Origin: Escherichia coli | GTDB lineage: Bacteria > Pseudomonadota > Gammaproteobacteria > Enterobacterales > Enterobacteriaceae | Strand: one strand, 5' to 3' | NCBI RefSeq assembly: GCF_003991155.1 | Contig: NZ_CP031294.1 | DNA length: 64,000 nt | Shown here: positions 16,829-26,530 of the stretch, one piece after another | Numbering within the stretch: position 1 is the first letter of the stretch | How the letters are laid out: every line of letters starts with the position of its first letter | Made by a program: the position numbers and the translations under genes | Notes under the pieces: model-generated | What the model was told of the DNA's origin: nothing | Seen by the model: only the letters and a program-made list of their open reading frames with translations | The model's database searches: none

Positions 16829-19800
16829 TTAGTTACGTTGAGTGTTTGGGTTGAGTGATCCGCCAGGGCGTTTCTCTTGAGCGATAGTCTCAAGCGCGAT
16901 TGCTTTCATCCGTTGAGCGGCATTGTTCCATATGCTTTCTGTATCGCCGGATTCAGTTGTGCTACCGTCACTATGGACGTTGATCTCAATTGATACAGGA
17001 GAAAGAACATTTCCTCCTCCACTCATACCATCGGTACTGAGCGTTACAGGGATTGTTCGACCATCAGGCAATGGAACATACGCCTCATTCATATCGCCTT
17101 CCCCAAACAACGCCAATTGAGGTGAGTTGGCGATACCGCCTTTCTGGTATGCCCGGAGCGGGATCACGCCGTCTTTTCCGAATATGCCACCATTTGCAAA
17201 CTTCGGAATTGCAGGAATACCATTCGTGCCATCGGCAGCAGAACTGGTCAGATTGTTGAACCCGGAAGTTGAGCCAGAAGAACCGGACATCAATCCATCG
17301 AATCCACCACCAGCCCATACTGAAACCAAACCAGATGCAACTGTCGCGCCGAAATTCAACCACTTATTACCAGAGCCGGAAGCATTAGCTCCAAGCATTG
17401 CAAACGCGGCAGACAGAGCGCCGGTAACAGAGCTGAGGTTCTGCATCGAGAAGATGGAGTCCTTCACTGCTTTTGTCTCAGCATCTTTGGCTTCGGTGCT
17501 ATTAAATAGCCCTGATACCCAGCTACCAATCGCATTTGTTGCTGTGCCAATTGCGCTGGTGGTCTGCTGTGTCGTTTGCCCCAATCCAGTTACCGAACTG
17601 GACGTCTCCTTCGTGGCTTCTCCTACCGACTTGTCGCCATTAACAGTGTTGCTTATGCGCACACCTTGATTGGCAACTGCGGAAGCAACCCCGGTGAGCA
17701 AATTACCACTCTGTGAACTACCAGCTGCGGTGGTTCCCATCCCCAACATGTTCATTAGAGGCAGCGTGATCTGCGACTTCACGACCATATTGGTGATATC
17801 TTTCAAAATGGACTGAGATAGGCTGGAGAAGCTCATCTTCCCGTTAATAACGAAATCAGTCAGGACATCAGTTAAGCCACTAAACAAATCAGTCCAGGTG
17901 CTTTCGATCTGCTCTGCCAGATTTTCGTATTCCAGTGCCAACTTCTGCGTCGCAGTCCCCGTCTCTTTAATAAGCGCGGTATTGCCAGCAGCAATCAGTT
18001 GATTGATTTTCTTTGTATAAAGCGCCACAACTTTAGGATCAGACGCCTTATCACGAAGTTCTATCAACGCTTTGAGATTGCGGTTGTAGGTGTCTTCGAA
18101 ATCAGCAACTTTCTCTTCGCGAGACGGCGTATAGCCAGCACTAATAATGGAATCCGCCTCCGGTGCCCAAGTGGAGATCATCTGCTCAACATTGCGGCGA
18201 TTAAACATCTCACGATATTCAGGTGTCGCATTTTTGAGGTCTTCAAGACGTTTTTTCGCCTTGTCGATCATCTCTTGAGTGATGAACTCGTTAGGAACCG
18301 CATTAGCCAAATCTGTCAGCGATTTCGTTGTATCGCGAAGAGACTGATCAAACGATACCGTAGCCTTAGAGCTTTCACCCATTTGCCCCATAAGCTGATC
18401 GGCTTTGTCCAGAGCCTTCTGGTATCCGGCTGCCAGTTTCTGTTGCGCTGCCTGTTCCTTCTTGGCCGCACGCTGCGAGGCGTTAGCTGATCGTTGGGCT
18501 GCTTTCTCGGCAGCTGCTGCATCCTGTTCACGAGCTTTAGTAAGTGCGGCAATGGCTGCGGCACGCTCTTCATCGCTCATTTTCTCCAGAGAGCTGGCAC
18601 TGGATGCTTTCTGCAAATTAAGCTGCGTCTTGAGTTGTTTAGGCCCAATAATCGGCTTACCTTCGAAGTCCATCATCGGAGTGCCGTCAGGCAAAGTACG
18701 CTGATAAGTCGCAGAATCCATCTGGTTTCGCATATATTGCGCCAACGCCTTCTGAGCAGCTTTATCAGTTGTACCTAACCCAAGAACAGTCCCCTGGTTT
18801 GACATTACGCCCTTACCAGTTTTGGCCGCGTTATCTCTCTCGAACTCTGCCTGAGTAAGTTCCTGAGCAACGGCTTCCAAATGCTCCTGATAACCACGAA
18901 TACTGCCTTGCAGTTTCTGGATTTGCTCGGTATTGCCATCCTTTTTGGCTTTTTCAAGCTGATCATTAAGAGTCGCGATTTGCTTCTCGGTCGCATTCTT
19001 ACGAGAAGAAAGTGAATCAACCAGTTTTTGCGCAGGCTCCAGATAGCTTTTGTTTACCGTTTCACGTAACGGTGCCAATAGCTTGTTCTTTTCGTCATCT
19101 GAAAGTGAACCGTCATCATTGATTTTCTGGATCTTATCCAGAGCCTCCTGCCGGGCTTTCACGAATGTTGCCGCGAAAATCTGGTTTTCCGCTCGAATTT
19201 TCTCAATCTGAGATTCGGCAGCCTCTTTAGCCAAACGCTTTGCTACAGCGCCGTCACCAAGAGCTATCGTGCCGGTTATCTTTTGATACTCTTCCTGATT
19301 TTTTTTCAGGCGTGCTTCGATGTCAGCCTTCGACTCTTTGTGAGTAATAACACCGGCAGAGTTAGATACGTAATTAACACCCTCACCAGTTTTTAATGCT
19401 CGTTGATCAGCAAGAATCTGCTTTTCGAGCTTTTCTGCGCGGTCGGCCATTTGTGCACGTTTGGCCGCCGTCATCGCCTCTGGTATTTTCCTAATCTCGT
19501 CAACGACCTTTGAAGTTTCGCTGCGGAGCATGGTCATGTACGTGATTAGGCCAGCAACAGCTACAGTGGCAACTGTAAATGCTGCCCCTATAGGGTTTGC
19601 TGCAATGAACGCCGTTAATCCAGCAAAAGCGCCTTTAAGCCCCGTAATCGCCCCACGGATGGCGAAAATAAGAGAGGGGATCGGAGCCAGCCCCATACGT
19701 GCCGCACGATTGAATCGGGTTACTGCTGTAGCGCCGAGGTTAAATGGAGTCTGTATGGCGGTCGCCATCGTGGCAAAGGTGCTAACCATCTGGCTGCCTG

Positions 19801-21421
19801 CGCCAACTACCCCCATGATCCCTGCTCGCATCAGTTTGAACGCAACCATCGCGGCCACGACCTTACCGAGATTAATTACCAGCTCTTGGTTCTTTGCTAA
19901 CCATTGAGCAAGCTGACGCAACCCATCGATTGCCGTCGTTAACCCCGAGCCTAAAGAATTGGCAAACGAAATCCCTTCGGCGCTATTCATGATTGAAGCC
20001 AGTTCTTTCATCCCCTTCGATAGAGAATCCAGATATCCGGCCTGACCAACCCGATCAGCAAATAACGTGAATGACGTCTGAAGTTGCGCCAGCGCACCTG
20101 TGTAGGTTTGCATCATGTCTTTCGCTGCGTTCTCATTCTCCGCACGCAGACCAACAAACATCAGAGACAACGCCTGTTTTGCCTCAACCGTACCGCTGGC
20201 AACGGCTTTAGTCAGTTCCCCCATAGTGATGCCTGCGGCGTCTGCCATTGCCTGCATCGCGTTAGGAACGGCTTCACCTAATTGCTGACGTAGCTCTTCC
20301 ATTGACACAACGCCCTTACCGGACATCTGCTGAACGGCCACAGCCGCACGTTTCAACAGCTCACTATCACCACCAAAACGAGCAACGGAGTCCACCAGCG
20401 CCTTCAGAGAACCATCGGTTGGATCTAAGCCAGCAGAACGAAACTTCACGAAGGAATCTGTTAACGCCTGCATCGCGAACGGCGCATTTTGCGCCATGTC
20501 TACGATGTACTTCATATCATCAGCGGCAGCCTGGCCCGGGTTGGACTTCTCCTTATTCAACCCTCGAAGCATCACCCGCATACGTTCCATTTCGGCCGCA
20601 GCTTCAACAATAGGCTTCTGCCACCCAAACATGATGTCAGTAACCGTTCTGGCTGCATCTCCGATCTCGCCAAGCAGGAAAATGTTGCCACGAAGGCCAG
20701 AGAACATACCTCCTTCGTTACTTTTACCGCTATGGCCAGAAGCGCCGCTACGCCGCCCGCTACCACCATCGCCACTTCCAGATGTACGAACGCGTACCGG
20801 CTTGCTAATCAGTTGCTGACGTCCGATAACTTCGTCCATCTGCTCACGAACCTTTTTCAGTCCCTCGGCAGCCTGACTCGTTGTGACACCCCAATTACTG
20901 AGTCGCTTCGTCGTGGTATTAAGGCGCGTATTCATGCCACTCACGGACGCAGAGGCTTCTTTGGCCTCCGTACCAAAGCGGCTTGCGCTTTTGCTTGCAT
21001 AGGTCGCCCAATCAGAGAAATCATTTAGCTCTGATTGCACTTTACGTAATGACGCGGTGAGTTTATCTACTGAAGAAGTTGTCGTATCGACGCGCTCAAT
21101 CAGGGCTTTAAGACCAGAATTGAGGCTGGTGATGTTGCCACGCATTTTACGCGTAGCATCTGAAGCAAGCTCAAAACCGGCAGCTACATCCTGTAGTTTA
21201 TCTGCCGTAGAATCGAGCTTGCTTTCCAGAACGCCAATGATACGGGCGACCGAACCCAAAGAGCGTTCAAAGGTTTGGATTTTTTGAGCAGGCTTTGTTA
21301 CCTGCTCACCAAATCGAGTAAGCAGTTTCCCCGCACGATCGATTGACGCTGTAAACTGTTTGTCTTCCAGCGACAGGATAAACTCTACGTTTTGTGACAT
21401 TCCCTTGTCATCCTCTGCCAA
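16829..21421 (-). CDS. tail tape measure protein
   Basis: 1530 aa, helical, with hydrophobic central segments and a Gly-rich C-terminus. Position lies between the G/GT and gpM-like genes. Confidence 0.9.
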   Translation of the reverse strand: MAEDDKGMSQNVEFILSLEDKQFTASIDRAGKLLTRFGEQVTKPAQKIQTFERSLGSVARIIGVLESKLDSTADKLQDVAAGFELASDATRKMRGNITSLNSGLKALIERVDTTTSSVDKLTASLRKVQSELNDFSDWATYASKSASRFGTEAKEASASVSGMNTRLNTTTKRLSNWGVTTSQAAEGLKKVREQMDEVIGRQQLISKPVRVRTSGSGDGGSGRRSGASGHSGKSNEGGMFSGLRGNIFLLGEIGDAARTVTDIMFGWQKPIVEAAAEMERMRVMLRGLNKEKSNPGQAAADDMKYIVDMAQNAPFAMQALTDSFVKFRSAGLDPTDGSLKALVDSVARFGGDSELLKRAAVAVQQMSGKGVVSMEELRQQLGEAVPNAMQAMADAAGITMGELTKAVASGTVEAKQALSLMFVGLRAENENAAKDMMQTYTGALAQLQTSFTLFADRVGQAGYLDSLSKGMKELASIMNSAEGISFANSLGSGLTTAIDGLRQLAQWLAKNQELVINLGKVVAAMVAFKLMRAGIMGVVGAGSQMVSTFATMATAIQTPFNLGATAVTRFNRAARMGLAPIPSLIFAIRGAITGLKGAFAGLTAFIAANPIGAAFTVATVAVAGLITYMTMLRSETSKVVDEIRKIPEAMTAAKRAQMADRAEKLEKQILADQRALKTGEGVNYVSNSAGVITHKESKADIEARLKKNQEEYQKITGTIALGDGAVAKRLAKEAAESQIEKIRAENQIFAATFVKARQEALDKIQKINDDGSLSDDEKNKLLAPLRETVNKSYLEPAQKLVDSLSSRKNATEKQIATLNDQLEKAKKDGNTEQIQKLQGSIRGYQEHLEAVAQELTQAEFERDNAAKTGKGVMSNQGTVLGLGTTDKAAQKALAQYMRNQMDSATYQRTLPDGTPMMDFEGKPIIGPKQLKTQLNLQKASSASSLEKMSDEERAAAIAALTKAREQDAAAAEKAAQRSANASQRAAKKEQAAQQKLAAGYQKALDKADQLMGQMGESSKATVSFDQSLRDTTKSLTDLANAVPNEFITQEMIDKAKKRLEDLKNATPEYREMFNRRNVEQMISTWAPEADSIISAGYTPSREEKVADFEDTYNRNLKALIELRDKASDPKVVALYTKKINQLIAAGNTALIKETGTATQKLALEYENLAEQIESTWTDLFSGLTDVLTDFVINGKMSFSSLSQSILKDITNMVVKSQITLPLMNMLGMGTTAAGSSQSGNLLTGVASAVANQGVRISNTVNGDKSVGEATKETSSSVTGLGQTTQQTTSAIGTATNAIGSWVSGLFNSTEAKDAETKAVKDSIFSMQNLSSVTGALSAAFAMLGANASGSGNKWLNFGATVASGLVSVWAGGGFDGLMSGSSGSTSGFNNLTSSAADGTNGIPAIPKFANGGIFGKDGVIPLRAYQKGGIANSPQLALFGEGDMNEAYVPLPDGRTIPVTLSTDGMSGGGNVLSPVSIEINVHSDGSTTESGDTESIWNNAAQRMKAIALETIAQEKRPGGSLNPNTQRN

Positions 21422-22075
21422 ATATTTGCATCAGTTGCTCTTTGGCGTCAGGGTCTGCCTTATCCTGGCTTGGATCGTAGACTTTATCTGTTACGACTGG
21501 TCTTCCAATCCTGAGTTGCAAACCCTCCATGAACGCCTTCACAGCCTCGCCATCCGCCTGGGACGCACGAGCGACTTGTAAGTTGCGGACATCCTCTTCC
21601 GCACGCAGACGGTCTATATTGCGACTGAGCATCCAGAACATCGTGAGAGGAACGTTCAGTAGCTCTAATGGCGACACGGCGTAGTGAGCAACTACACGAC
21701 TGAAATAGAATCCGAGATCTATTGAGACGGTCCTTGTCCCGGATTCATCGCGGGAAATTACTTTGCCCCTTCGCCAGCCGCTTTTTCGTTTTCTTCATCA
21801 ATCACTTCCATAGCGAAGGTGAAGATCTGCTGGAGTTGCGGAACAGTCAGTTTTTCAAGAACTTCGTCAGGTACTGAAGGGATAACCTTACGAACCAGAT
21901 CTGCATAAGCTGTCACTTGCTCAACAGGAGACATGTTCATGAGATCTTTGCCTTCCATCTGCTTGATGGAAACGAACAGACCTACCGTCATTTCAACGAT
22001 GGGATATTCCTGACCGCCAAATTTGATGCTTTTCTTCGGAGGCAGAATGGAATCGAGATCGAGTAATTTGGTCAT
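21408..22075 (-). CDS. tail assembly chaperone fusion (gpGT analogue) via a -1 programmed frameshift
   Basis: The -1 frame is open from about 21790 through the G stop to 21408. Candidate slip sites GAAAAAG (21781-21787) or CAAAG just before the TAA (21761-21765). Confidence 0.55.
21758..22075 (-). CDS. tail assembly chaperone (gpG analogue)
   Basis: 105 aa acidic protein immediately upstream of the tape measure gene, ending ...EENEKAAGEGAK. Confidence 0.75.
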   Translation of the reverse strand: MTKLLDLDSILPPKKSIKFGGQEYPIVEMTVGLFVSIKQMEGKDLMNMSPVEQVTAYADLVRKVIPSVPDEVLEKLTVPQLQQIFTFAMEVIDEENEKAAGEGAK

Positions 22076-22089
22076 TGGTTAAAATCCTT

Positions 22090-22118
22090 TTAAAAGAGAG
22101 GCCCATCCTGAGCCTCTG
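22090..22118 (-). terminator. attenuator hairpin after the major tail gene
   Basis: AGAGGC-n9-GCCTCT followed by CTTTTAAAA on the minus strand, 13 nt after the stop at 22131. Confidence 0.45.
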
Positions 22119-22130
22119 CTTAATTACTGA

Positions 22131-22877
22131 TTAATCTGCGGGGTTAATCGTTACTGACTTAGTTGCCTTCTTACCACCGCTATTGCTGGTGAAGGAGATA
22201 TTTGTAGAACCCTGCGCCACACCACGTACCAGACCCGTTTGATCTACCGTGGCCTTTTCCTGGTCTTCGGATTCCCAAACACCGGTTTTGTCTGCGGCAT
22301 CAGCTGGAGTGATTTCGGCTGTCAGTTGCACAGTTTCTCCAGCTTTTACGGTTGGAGATTCCGGTGAGATCGACACAGTTTTTACCGGTTTAGGACCGCT
22401 CATTTTGCCCAGAACGCCTTCATCATCCGGGTATGCGCTGAACTGAACAGAGAACACACGAACATCATCAGACTGGTAGGTCATAGTGAAGTTGCCCGCG
22501 GTTGCCGCTTTCGGGATGGTCAACACATAGTCGGTGGTGTCCTGCGGAGTCAGAACCAGCTCCTTCGCCACATCAATCAGGTTAACGCCCTGTGCAGATG
22601 TGATCGTGACAGAGTTGTCATCTTCGCTCAGAGTAGAACCAGGCATCAGGTCAACCATGTTTTGGAGTACAGACTCAGCCAGAGGCGCGGTGATGGTAAT
22701 GTTGCGCCCCTGAACTAATTCGGAAATTACGGTCTGCCCCAACTGATCGACGGTGACTTTCAGCGTTTCAGTGGCTACTTCAACCTGAACACCACCTTTG
22801 GTGTAACCCAAATCCACACCACCAAACGACACCTTACAGGCACCAAGTTTGATGTTTTTTACATGGGTATTAGACAT
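22131..22877 (-). CDS. major tail tube protein with a C-terminal Ig-like (Big_2) domain
   Basis: Start set to ATG 22877 (AAGGAG 10 nt upstream). C-terminal VSISPESPTVKAGETVQLTAEITPADA...KATVDQTGLVRGVAQGSTNISF is a Big_2-type repeat, as on lambda gpV. Confidence 0.8.
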   Translation of the reverse strand: MSNTHVKNIKLGACKVSFGGVDLGYTKGGVQVEVATETLKVTVDQLGQTVISELVQGRNITITAPLAESVLQNMVDLMPGSTLSEDDNSVTITSAQGVNLIDVAKELVLTPQDTTDYVLTIPKAATAGNFTMTYQSDDVRVFSVQFSAYPDDEGVLGKMSGPKPVKTVSISPESPTVKAGETVQLTAEITPADAADKTGVWESEDQEKATVDQTGLVRGVAQGSTNISFTSNSGGKKATKSVTINPAD

Positions 22878-22926
22878 TGATGGAAAACTCCTTTTTCCGT
22901 TAATTCTACGCATTCATTGCGCTAAT

Positions 22927-22944
22927 AGTAAGTATATACTTACT
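22927..22944. promoter_or_regulatory. L-type dyad motif, perfect 18-bp palindrome
   Basis: AGTAAGTATATACTTACT is its own reverse complement, 50 nt upstream of the tail tube ATG. Confidence 0.5.
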
Positions 22945-22951
22945 AATTGAG

Positions 22952-23335
22952 TTAATTCAATAAATAGCCAGCAAATTCAACAGGAATGCCTGCTTCTATT
23001 AATGCCCCATCATTTTTGGGATAAATGATTGGCATCGCCATCGGTCGTACAAGTCGAAAATAAACACCACCAGATTCCGTTTCCTCTACTGGAAACATCT
23101 CAATGATTTTATGGGCTTTCTCAACCGTCGTAGTAATTGACGAACCACGCACAATGATTGTGAATGATTCGTGATAAAAGCCCTGTAGCTCATGATCGAT
23201 GCTGATGCCGGTATTTGGGTTAATAAGCAGGACGCCAGATTTCACATTGGCAGGCAAGTAGTGACAGAAAATGTCAGTCCCGACCGTGCCAATCTTTGCC
23301 TTCTGCATCAAACTTGCAAACGCTTCAATAAACAC
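22952..23335 (-). CDS. tail terminator-like protein (gpU position)
   Basis: ORF trimmed to GTG 23335 (GAGAGG 5 nt upstream, 1 nt after the upstream TAA). Assigned by position only. Confidence 0.5.
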   Translation of the reverse strand: MFIEAFASLMQKAKIGTVGTDIFCHYLPANVKSGVLLINPNTGISIDHELQGFYHESFTIIVRGSSITTTVEKAHKIIEMFPVEETESGGVYFRLVRPMAMPIIYPKNDGALIEAGIPVEFAGYLLN

Positions 23336-23336
23336 A

Positions 23337-23810
23337 TTAACCTCTCGTAAATCCGGCTTTTCTGGCAGCCTCAAGAATCGCTTCTGAGAACTGCTTCTCG
23401 CTAATTTCCACCGCTCTTTCCAGAAAGTGTGGCCCAACACGGGGTTTAACACCGGCAATTGGTGGGTTTGTCACGTTCTTCATTCGAGAAAGATAACCGA
23501 GTCGGTATTTACCCAGCTCCATGTACTTAGCATAGTCACCTACTTCTACGCCCGGATGCCCCTGACGTGGTTTTGCTCCAGACACAGAAAGCTCAATACG
23601 CAGCCCTGAATAACCTTCTTTAATCACCCTGGCAAAGATGGCTGTCTCCAGAGATCCGGTTTCCAGCGGGGCCATTGCACGGCTGAGACGCTCAACCAAA
23701 CGCGCCAGCTTTTCCATGTCCCGGATAAGATATCGCTTAAATGCTTTCTGGCTGTTGTTGAGTCGATTCCCCGCACGTTTGAACTGATGCGCATCGTATT
23801 TCAGACCCAT
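23337..23810 (-). CDS. HK97 gp10-like tail/neck completion protein
   Basis: 157 aa. The motif APLETGSLETAIFARV resembles the P-x-x-TG-x-L-x-x-SI signature of the HK97 gp10 family. Confidence 0.6.
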   Translation of the reverse strand: MGLKYDAHQFKRAGNRLNNSQKAFKRYLIRDMEKLARLVERLSRAMAPLETGSLETAIFARVIKEGYSGLRIELSVSGAKPRQGHPGVEVGDYAKYMELGKYRLGYLSRMKNVTNPPIAGVKPRVGPHFLERAVEISEKQFSEAILEAARKAGFTRG

Positions 23811-24145
23811 ATATTCGCCCCTACTTCAAGATGCCCAGGTCTTCCTCGTAGCCCCCAGCGGCGATGAACACTGGACACCTTTAATTTTTGACCTTCAAGG
23901 ATCAGCACATCATCAAGTTGTACAGCCGCTTCTAAAGGGACAACTAACACAGCATCAAACAGCTCCAGACTCGCCTTACCACGACTACCAGAGCTATCAG
24001 CACGAACTGACGATTTCTCATTACTCTGTTCGAACTTAACCACGCCGACATTCGTCTTCCTGACGAATTGTAATTGCGCCTCGCCGTAAACGTTCTTTGC
24101 GCCAAAGCGGTAGATCGCAATTTCTGTTTGCCACGAAATATTCAT
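23801..24145 (-). CDS. head closure/head-tail adaptor protein
   Basis: Start set to ATG 24145 (GAGAGAGAG upstream). 114 aa. Assigned by synteny. Confidence 0.5.
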   Translation of the reverse strand: MNISWQTEIAIYRFGAKNVYGEAQLQFVRKTNVGVVKFEQSNEKSSVRADSSGSRGKASLELFDAVLVVPLEAAVQLDDVLILEGQKLKVSSVHRRWGLRGRPGHLEVGANIWV

Positions 24146-24224
24146 GCTCTCTCTCTGTTGTTGTCGGTCGCTCTCATTACTGGCCAAAAACCCTTTCGAC
24201 CAAAAGTAAATAATGCGACTGGCG

Positions 24225-25058
24225 TTACGCACGGCGAACAATCATACGGTTGTTGATGTAACTGACCAGCAAGCGCCAGGTACTGCGAGCCACATGAACG
24301 TTTGCAGCTTTACCGGTACGGTACATGTTGGTTGTTTCACCGATTGACTCTGACAAAATGCCATCCTCTCGTGCTGCGGCAACATCATTGCCATTTGCGA
24401 TCTCACACGCTTCGTTGACAACGGCAAGCATCAACGCTTCTTTGAAGTAGTCAGGGAACTCTTCAAACTTCTCCTGCGTCATCTTTTCCCAATCGACTAA
24501 ATCATGCCGGTACGCTCCATCTGCTCCCCACGGAATGTCATACACATTCAGCATATTTTGAGGGCGATCGTATCGGTCAAAGTCGATACGTAGAATTTTG
24601 CGGATTGAGAACGGTAAAGTTTTAATTCGTCTGGTAGCCTCAATGAGACGCTTGCGCATTAAGCCTTCACCATCCGACAGCAAAGTGTCCCCATTCAGCA
24701 TATCGATCGCCTGCATTTGAGCATCAGCGACAGTTGCAAACGACTGTTCTGGTATCGACAGTTCAAAACTATTCAGCAGAACATACATTTGCCGCTCTTC
24801 ATGCGTCAGACCCGATGCAACAGCCTTCACAATGACGTACCGCAGATCGCGTTCTTTCTCAGAGAGCTGGTTATATTCAGCCGACACGACAACCGGAATC
24901 GACATTTGACCGCTGGTAATTTCTAGCGGCTCGCCATCAACGAGAATAGCCCCGGTGCTGTCCTTTACTGTGTAGGTAGCAGATTCGATATCCAGCACGT
25001 TGAAGGCAAATGAAAGGGAAACAGCTTCACCGCTACGATACGAGTCGATCTGCGCCAT
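24225..25058 (-). CDS. head-tail connector/head completion protein (277 aa)
   Basis: TAATG overlap with the upstream gene. Assigned by synteny only. Confidence 0.45.
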   Translation of the reverse strand: MAQIDSYRSGEAVSLSFAFNVLDIESATYTVKDSTGAILVDGEPLEITSGQMSIPVVVSAEYNQLSEKERDLRYVIVKAVASGLTHEERQMYVLLNSFELSIPEQSFATVADAQMQAIDMLNGDTLLSDGEGLMRKRLIEATRRIKTLPFSIRKILRIDFDRYDRPQNMLNVYDIPWGADGAYRHDLVDWEKMTQEKFEEFPDYFKEALMLAVVNEACEIANGNDVAAAREDGILSESIGETTNMYRTGKAANVHVARSTWRLLVSYINNRMIVRRA

Positions 25059-25492
25059 TACTCACCGCCTTGTGCTTTCAGGATGCCTTCAATCATCTCG
25101 ACAATTCCTTTCGCTTTGACACCAACCTGATTACCAATCACACGTAGACCGGCAATGCCTTCATTGTCTGCAATTGACTCCAACTCTTCTCGTGTGAAAG
25201 TCTGGATCTGTTTGGCCGGTTCATCTGGTGTCCCACGTTTCATTGGCACAATGTCAGGTGCTGCTGGCTCGGTAATCAGGTCTGCGGTCAACTCGCCACG
25301 ATCACTGTATGCGGCAGACGGAGAAACATTTTTGCCCTCGACTGTTGATGCTCGCATTGAGGCACAAATCCTTTGCTGATCGATAAAAGGCAACTCCGCT
25401 ACGGACACCCCGTTCTCGAACTGAACGCCGCACAACATTCCCGAATAACCGGAAAATTGCGGTTCTAATAAAACAATTTTTGCTGGTTTCAT
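25058..25492 (-). CDS. structural-module protein (144 aa), paralogous N-terminus with the Big_2 protein
   Basis: The N-terminal FSGYSGMLCGVQFENGVS resembles FSDFTGHMCRAGFTNSIS of 25537..26457. Confidence 0.5.
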   Translation of the reverse strand: MKPAKIVLLEPQFSGYSGMLCGVQFENGVSVAELPFIDQQRICASMRASTVEGKNVSPSAAYSDRGELTADLITEPAAPDIVPMKRGTPDEPAKQIQTFTREELESIADNEGIAGLRVIGNQVGVKAKGIVEMIEGILKAQGGE

Positions 25493-25536
25493 AACGCATT
25501 CTCTCTACATGGGCGGCTTTCGCCGCCCAATATTGA

Positions 25537-26457
25537 TTATTCCTGTGCAGCAGTGACTTCTACGGTCGCTGTCGCTTTGTGGCTACCATCTTGGGTAGTA
25601 ACCTCGATTGTGGCAGTACCAGCCGCAACGCCAGTTACAACACCGGTTTCGCTATCCACCGTTGCAAACTCGGTATTTTTGGATTCCCAAGTAACGGTTT
25701 TATTTGTTGCTCCTGCCGGCTCGACATTTGCGGTCAGCTGAACAGTTTTGTTTGCCTCAACGGTTGTGCTATTTGGGTCGATTTCGACGCCGGTAACAGC
25801 CACAACAGGCGCAGTTACTTCCACCGTTGCAGTTCCCTTTTTGCTGCCATCTTGGGAAACGATCTCAATCGTCGCAGTGCCAACTTCTACACCAGTAACG
25901 TTCCCGCTCTGGTCTACCGTTGCCTTGTCTTCATTTTTGGAAGACCAAGTAACTGCCTTATTCGTCGCATTTGACGGCTGAACATTCGCTTTCAGACTGA
26001 CTGATTTCCCTTTCTCAACAGAGGTTGAGTCTGGCGTTACCGTTACGGATTGAACGGCTACCGGATTTACGGTGACTTCCACTGACGCGGAAAGCTGGGT
26101 TTCCTGATCAGTTGCGGTAATTTTCACTTTGCCTGGTGCTACGCCAGTTACTAATCCAGTGCCGTTGACGGTTGCAATTTGATCATTGGCTGACTTCCAG
26201 GTGAATGAACTGGCACTCTTACCCATAGTAATACCTGCACTAAGTTGAACAGTTTTCCCAACCAAAACTGACGGTGAAGCCGGGGTTATGTTTACGGATT
26301 GGGAGAAGGGAACCGCCTGCAAACAAGCAGATAGCTGACTTTGTTGTCGCTCGGTTAAAGGTTCATCGGAGATAGAATTGGTAAATCCGGCACGGCACAT
26401 ATGCCCCGTAAAATCCGAAAATGCCTCTTCCGTAATCTTCATCTTTTGTTCTGGCAT
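25537..26457 (-). CDS. Ig-like (3x Big_2) capsid decoration/accessory protein
   Basis: Three repeats of V-x-V-x-P-x-S-x-x-V-x-x-G-K-(T/S)-V-Q-L-(T/S)-A-x-V...ATVD..G.VTGV..G.A.I. Confidence 0.7.
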   Translation of the reverse strand: MPEQKMKITEEAFSDFTGHMCRAGFTNSISDEPLTERQQSQLSACLQAVPFSQSVNITPASPSVLVGKTVQLSAGITMGKSASSFTWKSANDQIATVNGTGLVTGVAPGKVKITATDQETQLSASVEVTVNPVAVQSVTVTPDSTSVEKGKSVSLKANVQPSNATNKAVTWSSKNEDKATVDQSGNVTGVEVGTATIEIVSQDGSKKGTATVEVTAPVVAVTGVEIDPNSTTVEANKTVQLTANVEPAGATNKTVTWESKNTEFATVDSETGVVTGVAAGTATIEVTTQDGSHKATATVEVTAAQE

Positions 26458-26470
26458 TTCTCGCTCCTAC

Positions 26471-26498
26471 AAAAAGGGTGGGCGTATAGCCCACCCTT
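26471..26498 (-). terminator. rho-independent attenuator after the major capsid gene
   Basis: AAGGGTGGGC-tatac-GCCCACCCTT followed by TTTTG on the minus strand. Confidence 0.7.
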
Positions 26499-26502
26499 TA
26501 AC

Positions 26503-26520
26503 ATAGATAATTACTTATCT
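26503..26520 (-). promoter_or_regulatory. L-type dyad motif
   Basis: AGATAA-ttac-TTATCT. The gene strand reads AGATAAGTAATTATCTATGTT. Confidence 0.4.
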
Positions 26521-26530
26521 ACTTCACTGA

